Of a stretch of DNA of 64,000 nt, positions 47,669 through 60,524 are shown piece by piece (position 1 is the stretch's first letter; every line of letters begins with the position of its first letter). The notes beneath the pieces are model-generated. The model made no database searches. It worked only from the letters and a program-made list of their open reading frames with translations, and had not been told where the DNA came from. A program made the position numbers and the translations under genes. Source of the stretch: Macrostomum lignano (Eukaryota); the NCBI GenBank assembly GCA_002269645.1, contig NIVC01002026.1, forward strand, positions 1 through 64,000, written 5' to 3'.

Positions 47669-50600
47669 CGCCAGGTGCAGAGCCTGGCGCCCAGGTGCGA
47701 GCCGCCGAAGCGCGACCGGCTACTCGAGCAGTTGCTGCCGGCCACCCTGACCTCCGAGCAGGCCGCGGTGAAAGCCGCTCTAATCGGCGGCTCCCCCGGA
47801 GTGCGCGCCTTCTCAGCCGAGGTGTGGCGCAATCGTGCCGGCACCAGGCTGCTAACGCTCAGAGCGTTTGTCCCGCAGGACAGCACTGCGGCACAGCAGC
47901 CGCCGCCGCCGCAGCAGCAGACTCTGTCATCGTCATCCAAGTGTCGCGTTCTGGAGACTCGACCGGTGAGTGACTTTTTAACTACTCAAGATGCACCACA
48001 ATGGCCCTTTACACTGCCTATCCTTAGCGTCTTTCTTAGGCCTGTTTTAGTGTCCGTCTCTTAGTCTGTCCTGTCGAGCCTATCCGCTATTGTCCACCAG
48101 TCTGTCTTGTCGAGTCTGTCCGCTATAGTCCACCAGTCTGTCTTGTCGAGTCTGTCCGCTATTGTCCACCAGTCTGTCTTGTCGAGTCTGTCCGCTATTG
48201 TCCACCAGTCTGTCTTGTCGAGTCTGTCCGCTATTGTCCACCAGTCTGTCTTGTCGAGTCTGTCTGCTATTGTCCACCAGTCTGTCTTGTCGAGTCTGTC
48301 CGCTATTGTCCACCAGTCTGTCTTGTCGAGTCTGTCCGCTATTGTCCACCAGTCTGTCTTGTCGAGTCTGTCCGCTATTGTCCACCAGTCTGTCTTGTCG
48401 AGTCTGTCCGCTATTGTCCACCAGTCTGTCTTGTCGAGTCTGTCCGCTATTGTCCACCAGTCTGTCTTGTCGAGTCTGTCCGCTATAGTCCACCAGTCTG
48501 TCTTGTCGAGTCTGTCCGCTATTGTCCACCAGTCTGTCTTGTCGAGTCTGTCAGCTATTGTCCACCAGTCTGTCTTGTCGAGCCTGTCCGCTATTGTCCA
48601 CCAGTCTGTCTTGTCGAGTCTGTCCGCTATTGTCCACCAGTCTGTCTTGTCGAGTCTGTCAGCTATTGTCCACCAGTCTGTCTTGTCGAGCCTGTCCGCT
48701 ATTGTCCACCAGTCTGTCTTGTCGAGTCTGTCCGCTATTGTCCACCAGTCTGTCTTGTCGAGTCTGTCAGCTATTGTCCACCAGTCTGTCTTGTCGAGCC
48801 TGTCCGCTATTGTCCACCAGTCTGTCTTGTCGAGTCTGTCCGCTATTGTCCACCAGTCTGTCTTGTCGAGTCTGTCAGCTATTGTCCACCAGTCTGTCTT
48901 GTCGAGTCTGTCCGCTATTGTCCACCAGTCCAGATCCACAAAGAATGTAAAGATCCACAGTTGAATCCATTTATTTCACCTAGATAGAAATAGATGGAGA
49001 GAGATTTTATGAACCAATCAAGACGGGAACGGAAGCCGCTAAGTCGATCTGGTCAATTTGAAAGGTGTGGGCCGAATTTTTTCTTATATAAAAAAGAAAC
49101 TTAAAATCGAGGAGTCTCCTGTCAGCTCAGCCTGAAATTGAGCTAAGAGAGGGAAGACCGGGGAGCTTGAAGGCTCCAGGCTGACAAACGCGCCGAGGGA
49201 GGAATCGCCGGGCTTTGAGAATATAAAAAGGATGCTGAGGGATGAGGCTGCGGGCAAAGAGAGATCCTGAGCTCGGTGATGGAAGAAGCTTGTCAGTCTC
49301 CCTCCCAGCCGAGCCTTCAAGCCAGACAGGAGAGACTTGCACGGACGTCTTTTCAAGTCGGAGAGGCTGTGACAATGAGCCCGAGTTCCGCTCCGAACAA
49401 TGGAGCCCGCCACCCCACCCGCTATTCTCCCTCTGTCCCGGGGATGCCTATAGGGGATCTCATAACCTCTACTCGATCTTCGCGGCGCGGGAACGCTTCT
49501 CACTGTTCAATTGGCCGGGTAAGAGGAGCTATTAGGGGGGCCACTTCCTCTCCGTGTCCCCCCGTCCTATTCTTTGCTTTCTTCGCTGCGGCCTCAAATC
49601 TGGCCTCAAGCCGACACCCGATGGCGGTTGTTAAGTCACGGCACGCTTAGCTGATGAGCCGCTGCCAGCCCGCATCTCCCGCCCACAGCCTGCATTGGCG
49701 TCGCGCCTCTTTCTGCTGCCCATTAAAAGCAGCCTATTGTTGAATCTGCCTGGCCGCGGTGCTCGCGATCGCCACTGTGTCGCCAGGGCCTGCCTCAGCT
49801 TTGCTTTGATGAAGCATCTGCTGCAGTGGCATGCTGGGGGGGAGCGGGGGAGGGGGCACGCGCACAATGCGAACACGAAAACGGAGAATCGCGGCAAGTC
49901 GCCTTGACAACTATGGAGATGGAGAGAGGAAGCTTCATAGAAGGAAGGAAGGGCCTCCTTAGCTCGCATATCGCATCGCTGGGTCCGACTTCTTTTTCTT
50001 TGCTGGTGCTGAACGAGAGGAGGAAAACAAGTCAAGAGTGCGGAGGGATTGTTGTTCTCGACACCTGATCTACTGATGCAGTTCGACTGATAAACGAGTA
50101 TAATTGCGTGAACTCGGTATGATATGCAGTGACAGAATGCTATTGACTGGTGGATTAAAACTATCTTACCACCCCTCTTACCACCAGCTGCCCGACCTAA
50201 ACCTGCTGGCATCCAGCTGCCTGGAGATCATCTCCGCCTACACCGAGTCGCAGCTGCCGCAGGACTTTCTGCCCATCGTCTGCAACCGGCCGGCCGACTT
50301 TGTCCGACAACTGCAGCAGGCCAACCAGAACGGGATGCACGACTCCATCGACAAGATCATCATCGTGCCCTGTCTGCACGCCGCCATGTCTGAGGCCGTC
50401 AGCAACGCCCTGGCCGAGACGCCGGCCTGCCAGACGATCCTCAGCCGCTGCCGCAGCTGCCGCTGCAGTCGTCGCCGCGGCAACTGCGGACATCGCCAGA
50501 TCCTTGGCGCTAATCGTCGCCTAACTGCTAAAGACGATGATGCCCGACCGAAGAAGGCGGACGTGAACTGTAACGACCTGCTAGACGATCAGGAGGCGCC

Positions 50601-51514
50601 AACCGCGACGGACGGCGAAGGCAACGACGATGCCGTCGGCACCGTCGCCACTGACGCGCCATGGATGCCGACGGCAAGGTCGAAGCGGCTCAGGACGTCA
50701 ATGAAGACGAGGATGCTGAGGACCAGGAGGAAGAGGAGGACTTCGATGACGAAGCCGGCTGGGAGTCGGCGCTGGACGCCCTGCAGCAACTCGTGGACGA
50801 CGCCTCCGTGACGAAGCCGCAGTCGCCGCCGCTGGCTGCACCGATCAGGAGCTTCGCTCGGCCCGCGAGTTGGCGGCCGCTCTTGTCCGGTTCCGCGACC
50901 ATCTTGGCCGGCTTTTCTCCGCCTCGTCTGGCAGCCTCGGCCAGGCTCTGCCAGTGGTGCGCGACCTGCCCGCCGTGCTGCGCCAGTCGGCGACGTCCTC
51001 GTCGGCGCCGCCCTCCTCCCACGCCGACGCCGCGGTGGATCCCGCTGTGGAGGCGCTGGCTGAGGCAGCCGGGGAAGCCGGAGAGCGGCTGCTGGCGGCC
51101 TACCGCAGCCCGGACAAGGTGTGGCGTCTCGCCCACCTGGCCGCCTTCCTGCAGCCGCGGCTGCCGCTCCCGGCCGAGACGGACCGGAAGTCGGCCGTCG
51201 CCCAGCTGGTGGAGAAGCATGCAGCTGGCCGAGGAGGCCGGCCACATCAGCCGGCGGAAGCGGAACTCGCTGGTGGTGCAGCAGAATTTGGACCAGGCGC
51301 GCAAGTCTGTAGAAGACGAGGCCAGACGATACGAGTCGCTGCTCGAACAGGCGGGAGCTTCCGGCTCGGCGGCTCAGTGGTGGTCGTCGTCGGCCAGTCT
51401 GGCGAGGCCCGGCTGCTGCTGCACATCCCGGCCTGCTGCCTGCGGCCTGGAATTCGCCGCCTACCCGAGACGGAGCTGAACGCCCTGCTGGCGCTGCACC
51501 AGAGCCTGGCCTGA
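47669..51514 (+). pseudogene. hAT-transposase-derived ZBED1/DREF-like gene, with an intron and at least 4 frame switches (pseudogene or assembly errors)
   Basis: Exon 47669-47965 (LAPRCEPPKR; FSAEVWRN..LLTL; donor CCG|GTGAGT) splices to 50188 (ACCAG|CTG). Later blocks IVPCLHAA..ILSRCR, GWESALDALQQL, ELAAALVRF, AAFLQPR, AQWW and RLPETELNALLALHQSL match the order of ZBED1/hAT motifs. No BED-finger exon was found. Confidence 0.75.
48062..48930. repeat. 36-bp tandem repeat (CCAGTCTGTCTTGTCGAGTCTGTCCGCTATTGTCCA), about 24 copies, intronic
   Basis: Seen directly. Confidence 0.98.
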
Positions 51515-53310
51515 GACTGGGCGAAGCCTGCCGAACTCACAGCAAATAGAATTTTTTTGTTGTTCAAAAACAGCAAAACTTGCCGTCCCGCAACTGTTAA
51601 TTATTTGCGTTTTTCCTCATCTCTCCAAGGGTGGCCCATCAGCTGAGCGATTCTGTACGTGTATCTTTCTACAACAGTCCACACCTTTTATTGCACTTTA
51701 TCAAAGTTTTGCTCGCACACACAAACACACACCTTGGATACTGCTGCCTTTATTGTCTTCTGGTTGTTTTTTTTCTAATCAATTTTTTTTCTATTGCAAT
51801 AGTAACGGTAACAAACCATATGCATAGTACTTATTATTATTATTATTATTATAATTACTAACAGCTCAAGTTTGATATTCTAGTCCTGCCAGATTTGAGA
51901 TGGATTCTCGAAGAATAAAGCAACTCCACTTGTACATTGCTCGGCAAACTGATTGTTGATTAACTCTGTTTACTTTGAGTAGATTTGCTGTGTTTGGCAC
52001 CATATTAAACTCAAGTGTTGCACTTCATTAATAGCTGCACGTCGCTCTGTCTTCATGAATTCCTTCGCCTTCACTTGCAAATAGGGGAAAAATTGAAATT
52101 ATACGCGCAATACTTGCTTAGCGTCTGTCCTCATGCAGCTGTTGATAATACATTCTTTATTAATATTTTGTTTGAGCACATTTTTAAGAAGCTGCACACA
52201 CACAAAACTTTAATGTAGCCAGCAATTTCTGAGTCCCAGCTTCATCATATATCTGATATTTATGGTGTCAATTAGCAACAAAGACGCCTCGTTTTTCACC
52301 CCCACCTACTCATCTCCAATGTCAATTCGATGCCCTTTGTACCCCCGCCCCCCCAGTTTCCTGCATACATATTTATTTATGATTTATTAGTTTGTATCTG
52401 CATGAATAAATGGAGCATTGGCTCTACTAAAACTGTCAAAAAATCAAAACGAAACATTGAAAAAAGTTACAACTTTTTCTATTTTGTTCATCGGTGCTGG
52501 CTTCCTTACAGGAGGGCTGCGGGCGCCCTGGCGCTGACGACAATCTGCCCATTCCGAACCAAGGGGTCATGGCGCGACCACTGACCTTCTCTGCCCCTGC
52601 TGGTTTCCTGGAAACTAGTTGAATTTCTTAGAAAATTCCAATGAAACGGGATAGTTCATGTTTGATGGCGGCAGAGAATTACACATGTAAATCCGATCAA
52701 AATGCATACATCCGAGTCGATATGAGAGAATGGCATTGATAAATCCTCTCAAACCACCACCTGCGCTGTCTCTGCGGTGTCCAAAAGTACAAGAGTTTTT
52801 CGTCAAAGTTGTAACGAAAATTTGCAGAATCTCACCTCTAATCAAAGATTTACATGTACTTCAATTTTTTTTAATCACAACGCAGTTGATGTATTCTTAG
52901 CATCTCAGCTCCGCTCCGGCCTCCGAGGCACAATTTTGGAGGAGGGTTAGGGTGGATGAGTAAACACTTGGCGGCTTGTATAGCTCTCTTGCATCTCAGT
53001 TTGACAGCTCAAAATGCTGATATTTCTCCCAATATAGAGGCGTCGATCGGAGGGATGGGAATTATTCCCGTCAGACTGATTCATTCTTAAACTACTGGCA
53101 ATAATTTTGAAGACATATTTTTCACACCATCATCAATATTACTGTCCCACCTGGGAGAATTTCTCTCAGTTCAAAACCGGGGCTTTGGGTTTAAGCTTGA
53201 GCTGATGGCTGATAGGCCAGAATCTGTAACAGCAGTTAATAAAAAATCTTGACAAACAACATATATCAAATAAAAAATTAGAAACATAAATAAAACTTTC
53301 AATTTGTAAC

Positions 53311-53802
53311 GGTGACCGGACATTCGTCAACCGTCATTTCGTCAACCGTCATTTCGTCAACCGTCATTTCGTCAACCGTCATTTCGTCAACTGGCATTTT
53401 GCCAACCAGACATTAGGCCAATGAGACTCGGCACTCGACACTTCTTGGAAGTAAATTTTCGTAGAAACGTTTGGTCCTTAATGGTATCTCGCCTTGGGGT
53501 TCCATCTGCAGCTGACACAAAGCCTCGCGGGCGTCGGTGAGCTCCAAAAGAATCCTGCAAAACTTTCTTACTTAATATAATTAAAGCATATACATGTAGC
53601 TGCTGATTCTATTATTAGATAAGAGTATTAAACGTTTCTACGAAAATTTCCAAGAAGTTTACACGTTTTAAACAAATTTGAGACCGCATTACCGCTTCTC
53701 CCATTCTCTGACCAGCAGCTATAATAATCAGCTACAATTTGCCGAGTTAACGTATAAATGTCATGGTTGACGAAATTCCGGTTGACGAAATGTCCCGGAA
53801 CC
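53311..53802. mobile_element. MITE with GG...CC termini and 8-bp TSD (Merlin- or Mutator-like)
   Basis: TSD TTTGTAAC at 53303-53310 and 53803-53810. TIRs GGTGACCGGACATTCGTCAACC / GGTTGACGAAATGTCCCGGAACC. 15-bp subterminal repeats. Confidence 0.8.
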
Positions 53803-54584
53803 TTTGTAACGATGTCGATATTTATTTTTTAAAATAATTTGGTATTATTAATGTCTTTTTAGTATTATATTAATCTAACTACTATTTATTAGCGAAAATT
53901 AAAGTTATTTAGTATATTTAATCGGAAAATACGCTCAAAATTTGTTTTACTTTATCCTTCATAGAAATACGAGTATTGCATTATTTAAAAGTCGACGGTT
54001 ATATCGCGTTTTGCGCTCTAGTCTCCGGTCTCGTGCGTGCTTTTTGGTTGGTCCGCCGCGTGGTGCCCGTTCGCAATAGCTTACCACCAATAATTTAACG
54101 GCAATAGTTTATCCTGTGTGTTCAAATACATAATTCAATTAAATACATCAGTCAAAGTTCAAATTTAAGATAATTCAACTAGATTCGGCCGTAAGACTCT
54201 CTTGCTACGAAGACTCAATTTATTTTTGATAGTGCATAGCCGTCAGCACCGAACAAAGAAGGGTCGCTTCACAAATTCTTTGTTTTATTCACAGAGTAAC
54301 ATTTGCATTAGAAACATAACAGAAATGTACACAAAATATGAGAACAAGTGGCGGATTATCATCTTGAATATCAGCAATAAAATACAACAAATTAAATGTA
54401 AAAAATCAACTCGGTAAACCCACACCCGGTTTCAGAGTCCCCAAGTTTAAAATCGCTGTCACGGCTCGAATACATGCATACTCGGACATTTACACACACA
54501 GAAATTAGTAGCATCAGAAGAAAAAGAGTTCTAAAAAATCCAAATCGCTACTAAATTGGCGTCTGAGTAGTAATATAGGAGGAA

Positions 54585-54762
54585 CGATTCTGTGGTTGGG
54601 GCGATTCTGTGGTTGGGGCGATTCTGTGGTTGGGGGCGATTCTATGGTTGGGGCGATTCTATGGTTGGGGCGATTCTATGGTTGGGGCGATTCTGTGGTT
54701 GGGGCGATTCTATGGTTGGGGCGATTCTATGGTTGGGGCGATTCTGTGGTTGGGGGCGATTC
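54585..54762. repeat. 17-bp repeat (GGTTGGGGCGATTCTAT), reverse complement of the PIGW intron repeat
   Basis: Seen directly. Confidence 0.93.
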
Positions 54763-55243
54763 ATCCATAGAACTATGAATGAAATAATAGTCTAATTCTG
54801 TGTATGTATTTCTGAGATCTACTTTGTTTCACTTCGATCCCCTACTTAGTATTCTGTGTATCAGTAGTATATTCAGTATGATTTTCTTCTATTTCACTCT
54901 TCATAAAATTATCCAAGACTCAGTTTTGACGGGATGAGCAAGTAAAAATCGATTTGGTTGGCTCACTGGTCAGCTCGCAAAGAGACTTGATCAATGTTAA
55001 TTTTGAGATACTTATCATTAAAACAAAGGTAAATATTAGTTTTCAGTGTAAAAATAGGCGTAAATTGAGCATGAATATAATTATTATTAGAATATAGAGT
55101 TTATTTACAAAAACTATTATTATTACTATTAGTAGCACTCGTGCAATTGCAACCCCCGCTGGTCAAAAATGAAGCGGTGCCCCAAATGTTTTATTCAGTC
55201 TTCGGTCTTTTGATTCTCTGAAATCGCAAAAACAAAAATCATG

Positions 55244-55922
55244 CATAGGCGTTCAGGGGGACAGTGGGGCCATGGCCCCCCTTTTAAATGCAAAATGAAG
55301 ACTTTTTGCTTATTTTTTACTCTTCTTATATTTTTTTGCTGCTTTGCATGAATGCATTTTGCTGCAGGGCAACAAAGCATTCATACATGTAGCCTCTGTG
55401 GCGCTAAATTGGCCTGCGGCGCCAAAATGAGTGCCTGCGGCGCTAAAATGAGTGCCTGCGGCGCCAAAATGAGTGCCTGCGGTGCCAAAATGAGTGCCTG
55501 CGGCGCTAAAATGAGTGCCTTCGGTGCCAAAATGAGTGCCTGCAGCGCTAAAATGAGTGCCTGCGGCGCCAAAATGAGTGCCTGCGGTGCCAAAATGAGT
55601 GCCTGCGGCGCTAAAATGAGTGCCTTCGGTGCCAAAATGAGTGCCTGCAGCGCTAAAATGAGTGCCTGCGGTGCCAAAATGAGTGCCTGCGGCGCTAAAA
55701 TGAGTGCCTGCGGCGCTAAAATGAGTGCCTTCGGTGCCAAAATGAGTGCCTGCGGCTCCAAAATGAGTGCTGAGAACACTATTTCTGAAAATATTTGGTA
55801 CATGATGTGCATTTTCCATATAAAACAACAAACCTAACTCAACGAAGGGTCTGCAACCTGTGCGCCCGCCCCCCCCCCCTAAATCCCCCACTGAACCTTT
55901 TGAAACGTTCCTTAAATTATGC
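55244..55922. mobile_element. Second element carrying the 21-bp GCGCCAAAATGAGTGCCTGCG minisatellite (array 55410-55770)
   Basis: Same unit as 1675-2970. Flanking direct repeat AAATCATG(CA) at 55236 and 55923; TIRs are degenerate. Confidence 0.6.
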
Positions 55923-56239
55923 AAATCATGCAAGGAGTTCGCAACAGCAGTAGTTGTTTGACGTCAGAAAGCTTCGTTTTTGGGACAATCACTTAGAGTA
56001 TTTATGCGAATATTATAGTAAACATTTTTCTCAATTTTACACTTTATATCTGGCTCAGCAGGTTCGGCATGCCAGGGAATTGTGAGGCACAGACAAGACC
56101 TTTCATGTAATGGTAGCAACGGGCCCAAAAGATTCCAGGGCAATTTGTCAAGCCTAAAAGCAGAGAAAAGTAGTGCAGGTCAAAGCAAAGCTGGTGGGAA
56201 TTGAAACTGCTTATAGCTCATCTAGTGGAATGGGTCGCC

Positions 56240-57070
56240 ATCACAAACCCGCAATATCACAAACCCGAAATATCACGAACCCGAACTATCACAAACCCGA
56301 ACTATCACAAACCCGAAATATCATAACTCCGAAAACCAAAATAGTGTTGGACATTGCTAGAACTTTCAGAGTTATGATATTTCGGGTTTGTGATATTTCG
56401 GGTTTGTGATATTTCGGGTTTGTGATAGTTCGGGTTTGTGATAGTTCGGGTTTGTGATAGTTCGGGTTTGTGATATTTCGGGTTTGTGATAGTTCGGGTT
56501 TGTGATAGTTCGGGTTTGTGATAGTTCGGGTTTGTTATATTTCGGGTTTGTGATATTTCGGGTTTGTGATATTTCGGGTTTGTGATATTTCGGGTTTGTG
56601 ATATTTTGGGTTTGTGATATTTCGCGTTTGTGATATTTCGCGTTTGTGATATTTCGGGTTTGTGATATTTCGGGTTTGTGATATTTCGCGTTTGTGATAT
56701 TTCCGGTTTGTGTGATATTTCGGGTTTGTGATATTTCGGGTTTGTGATATTTCGGGTTTGTGATATTTCGGGTTTGTGATATTTCGGGTTTGTGATATTT
56801 CGGGTTTGTGATATTTCGGGTTTGTGATATTTCGGGTTTGTGATATTTCGGGTTTGTGATATTTCGGGTTTGTGATATTTCGCGTTTGTGATATTTCGCG
56901 TTTGTGATATTTCGGGTTTGTGATATTTCGGGTTTGTGATATTTCGGGTTTGTGATATTTCGGGTTTGTGATATTTCGGGTTTGTGATATTTCGCGTTTG
57001 TGATATTTCCGGTTTGTGTGATATTTCGGGTTTGTGATATTTTGGGTTTGTGATATTTCGGGTTTGTGAT
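56240..57070. repeat. 16-bp repeat in inverted arms (ATCACAAACCCGAAAT 56240-56325; ATTTCGGGTTTGTGAT 56378-57070)
   Basis: Seen directly; MITE/foldback-like layout, no TSD found. Confidence 0.9.
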
Positions 57071-57261
57071 CCCCCTGCAGACTCTTTTTATTGCCCCTGG
57101 GCCCAGGTGAGCACTGCATCATTTTTGGTAATTTTAGAAGCATTTATTTACATGAATTATGCCCTAATTTGAGCTGGCTGTGTCTCATCTTTCTCAGAAA
57201 CCTATGGATTGGAATCCATTCTCAGCCCTCGCCAAAGGGAGCCGAAGTGACCATGAGTCAG

Positions 57262-58378
57262 AAAAGAGAAGAAAAGAAAGAGGGAGAAGAGAAGGGAGGG
57301 AGAAGAGAAGAGAGGTAGAAGAGAAGAGAGAGGGAGAAGAGAAGAGAGGGAGAAGAGAAGAGAGGGAGAAGAGAAGGGAGGGAGAAGAAAAGGGAGAGGG
57401 AGAAGAGAAGAGAGGTAGAAGAGAAGAGAGAGGGAGAAGAGAAGAGAGGTAGAAGAGAAGAGAGAGGGAGAAGAGAAGAGAGGTAGAAGAGAAGAGAGGT
57501 AGAAGAGAAGAGAGAGGGAGAAGAGAAGAGAGGGAGAAGAGAAGAGAGGGAGAAGAGAAGGGAGGGAGAAGAAAAGGGGGAGGGAGAAGAGAAGAGAGGT
57601 AGAAGAGAAGAGAGAGGGAGAAGAGAAGAGAGAGGGAGAAGAGAAGAGAGGTAGAAGAGAAGAGAGAGGGAGAAGAGAAGAGAGGTAGAAGAGAAGAGAG
57701 AGGGAGAAGAGAAGAGAGGGAGAAGAGAAGAGAGGTAGAAGATAAGAGAGGTAGAAGATAAGGGAGAGGGAGAAGAAAGGGAGAAGAGAAGAGAGGGAGA
57801 AGAGAAGAGAGGTAGAAGATAAGAGAGGTAGAAGATAAGGGAGAGGGAGAAGAAAGGGAGAAGAGAAGAGAGGGAGAAGAGAAGAGAGGTAGAAGATAAG
57901 AGAGGTAGAAGATAAGGGAGAGGGAGAAGAAAGGGAGAAGAGAAGAGAGGGAGAAGAGAAGAGAGGTAGAAGATAAGAGAGGTAGAAGATAAGGGAGAGG
58001 GAGAAGAAAGGGAGAAGAGAAGAGAGGGAGAAGATAAGAGAGGGAGAAGATAAGAGAGGTAGAAGATAAGGGAGGTAGAAGATAAGGGAGAGGGAGAAGA
58101 AAGGGAGAAGATAAGAGAGGGAGAAGAGAAGGGAGGTAGAAGATAAGGGAGAGGGAGAAGAAAGGGAGAAGATAAGAGAGGGAGAAGAGAAGAGAGAGGG
58201 AGAAGAGAAGAGAGGGAGAAGATAAGAGAGGTAGAAGATAAGGGAGAGGGAGAAGAAAGGGAGAAGAGAAGAGAGGGAGAAGAGAAGAGAGGTAGAAGAT
58301 AAGGGAGAGGGAGAAGAAAGGGAGAAGATAAGAGAGGGAGAAGAGAAGAGAGAGGGGAGACGGAAGAGAAGAAGGGAG
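57262..58378. repeat. AG-rich low-complexity repeat (GAGAAGAGAAGAGAGG variants)
   Basis: Seen directly. Confidence 0.95.
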
Positions 58379-58399
58379 ATCATGCAGGGTCCACGTTAA

Positions 58400-58556
58400 G
58401 GTTCAGTCAGCGTTAGCGCATTCACCCATATTACAGCTGAGGACTGAAGAAATGCAGAAGTGTCTTGCTCAAGGACACAGATTGTTCCAATTGGATCGGC
58501 AATCGAACCCCCAACCTTCAAGCCGTGAGTCCGACGAGCTAACCACTAGACTGCAA
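58400..58556 (-). mobile_element. tRNA-derived CORE-like SINE
   Basis: Minus strand: A box TAGTGGTTAG, B box GGTTCGATTGCC, then GTGTCCTTGAGCAAGACACTT..CCTCAGCTGTAATATGGGT, resembling the CORE domain. Confidence 0.7.
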
Positions 58557-58749
58557 CCCCCTGAGTGGCCAATGACTGCCTACAGCTGTATGATCTGAGT
58601 CAAGCCGGAACTGGGTCCGTTTGTTCTCGAATCGACTGACCCGGAACCAGGGGCGTCGCCACCCAGCATCAGCTGCAGACTCAGAAAAGCAGGAGTCTAG
58701 CAATGGCACAGCAAATAACGCTGCTTTGAACTGAGTCTTTTTGCATCTG

Positions 58750-58890
58750 CTTTCACAAAGCCTAAATTTCACAAACTGTCATGAGCTGTAAATTTCATAA
58801 ACCCTAAATTTCAAAAACTGTCATGAGCTGTAAATTTTATAAACCCTAAATTTCAAAAACTGTCATGAGCTGTAAATTTCATAAACCTGT
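58750..58890. repeat. 42-bp tandem repeat, about 3 copies
   Basis: CTGTCATGAGCTGTAAATTTCATAAACCCTAAATTTCAAAAA repeated. Confidence 0.85.
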
Positions 58891-59074
58891 AAATTTCATA
58901 GCTGTAAATTATTTTTAATAATTGCTCGTTGCATTTTCTATTGTTTATTAGTAGATATTAGTAAAACCATTTCCTACACAAGTTTTACACTATTTGACTG
59001 GCACAAAACATGTTTCCTGACTTTTCATTTGTTCTATCTCTCTCAAAGTTATTAGATGCGATGAGAGAGAGGAG

Positions 59075-59457
59075 GGTACAGGGAGGAGAGTGAGAGGGGT
59101 AGAGTGAGGAAGGAGAGGGAGAGGGGTAGAGTAAGGAGAGGGAGAGGGGTAGAGTGAGGAGAGCGAGAGGGGTAGAGTGAGGAGTGGGGTAGAGTGAGGA
59201 GGAGTGGGGTAGAGTGAGGAGAGGGGTAGAGTGAGGAGAGGGGTAGAGTGAGGAGAGGGGTAGAGTGAGGAGGAGTGGGGTAGAGTGAGGAGAGGGGTAG
59301 AGTGAGGAGAGGGAGAGGGGTAGAGTGAGGAGAGCGAGAGGGGTAGAGTGAGGAGTGGGGTAGAGTGAGGAGGAGAGGGGTAGAGTGAGGAGGAGTGGGG
59401 TAGAGTGAGGAGAGGGGTAGAGTGAGGAGAGGGGTAGAGTGAGGAGAGGGGTAGAGT
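59075..59457. repeat. 17-20-bp purine-rich repeat (GAGGAGAGGGGTAGAGT)
   Basis: Seen directly. Confidence 0.93.
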
Positions 59458-59711
59458 GCTCCATCAAGAATCTGAATATTGGTTTTTATTAAGCTTGAAA
59501 AGTCAAATTTGCGCAATTTGGCTTCACTTTCAGCATGCCACAGAAATCAAAATCTCACCGACATGTGCAGTTTGCGGAGCTCTCACAGGTTCTTGCTGCA
59601 CCCGAACAGATCCTGATGAAGAGCTGCGGAGCCTGGCCGACTCAGCTGGAGAATTTCTGACTTTGACTGCCACTTTGATTGTACTTTGAATGTAAAAATA
59701 TAATGTCAAAA

Positions 59712-60290
59712 TAGCTGTGAAAATCGCCCCTAATAGCTGTGAGAATCGCCCCTAATAGCTGTGAGAATCGCCCCTAATAGCTGTGGGAATCGCCCCTAAT
59801 AGCTGTGGGAATCGCCCCTAATAGCTGTGGGAATCGCCCCTAATAGCTGTGAGAATCGCCCCTAATAGCTGTGGGAATCGCCCCTAATAGCTGTGGGAAT
59901 CGCCCCTAATAGCTGTGAGAATCGCCCCTAATAGCTGTGAGAATCGCCCCTAATAGCTGTGGGAATCGCCCCTAATAGCTGTGAGAATCGCCCCTAATAG
60001 CTGTGGGAATCGCCCCTAATAGCTGTGAGAATCGCCCCTAATAGCTGTGAGAATCGCCGTTTATAGCTGTGAGAATCGCCCCTAATAGCTGTGAGAATCG
60101 CCCCTAATAGCTGTGAGAATCGCCCCTAATAGCTGTGGGAATCGCCCCTAATAGGTGTGAGAATCGCCCCTAATAGCTGTGGGAATCGCCCCTAATAGCT
60201 GTGAGAATCGCCCTTAATAGCTGTGGGAATCGCCCCTAATAGGTGTGAGAATCGCCCCTAATAGCTGTGAGAATCGCCCTTAATAGCTGT
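59712..60290. repeat. 22-bp tandem repeat (AGCTGTGAGAATCGCCCCTAAT), about 26 copies
   Basis: Seen directly. Confidence 0.97.
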
Positions 60291-60524
60291 GACTTGCACT
60301 TTTCCATGGCTGTTTGCTATCTTGATTGTAGTAAGCCAACTAAGATTGTGAAATGCATAAATTTTGTATTCAGTATTTTGTATATTTTGCATTTTGTATG
60401 CATTTTTTTTATTTTTATTGCATACAGAGAAAAGTTAAAACTAAATTTGATGCATATTTATCCCACAAAAAAAGCGAATTTTCTTCACCTCTCACTTTGT
60501 CTTCCCTGTCTCCCCTCCCCCTCT

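Noticed and set aside
48061-48964. 292-aa WW-containing repeat ORF (DKTDWWTIADRL)
   Set aside because: 36-bp intronic tandem repeat open on both strands.
53990-54032. Possible Helitron 3' end (short hairpin then CTAG-T)
   Set aside because: The hairpin is only about 4 bp and no matching 5' TC end could be defined.
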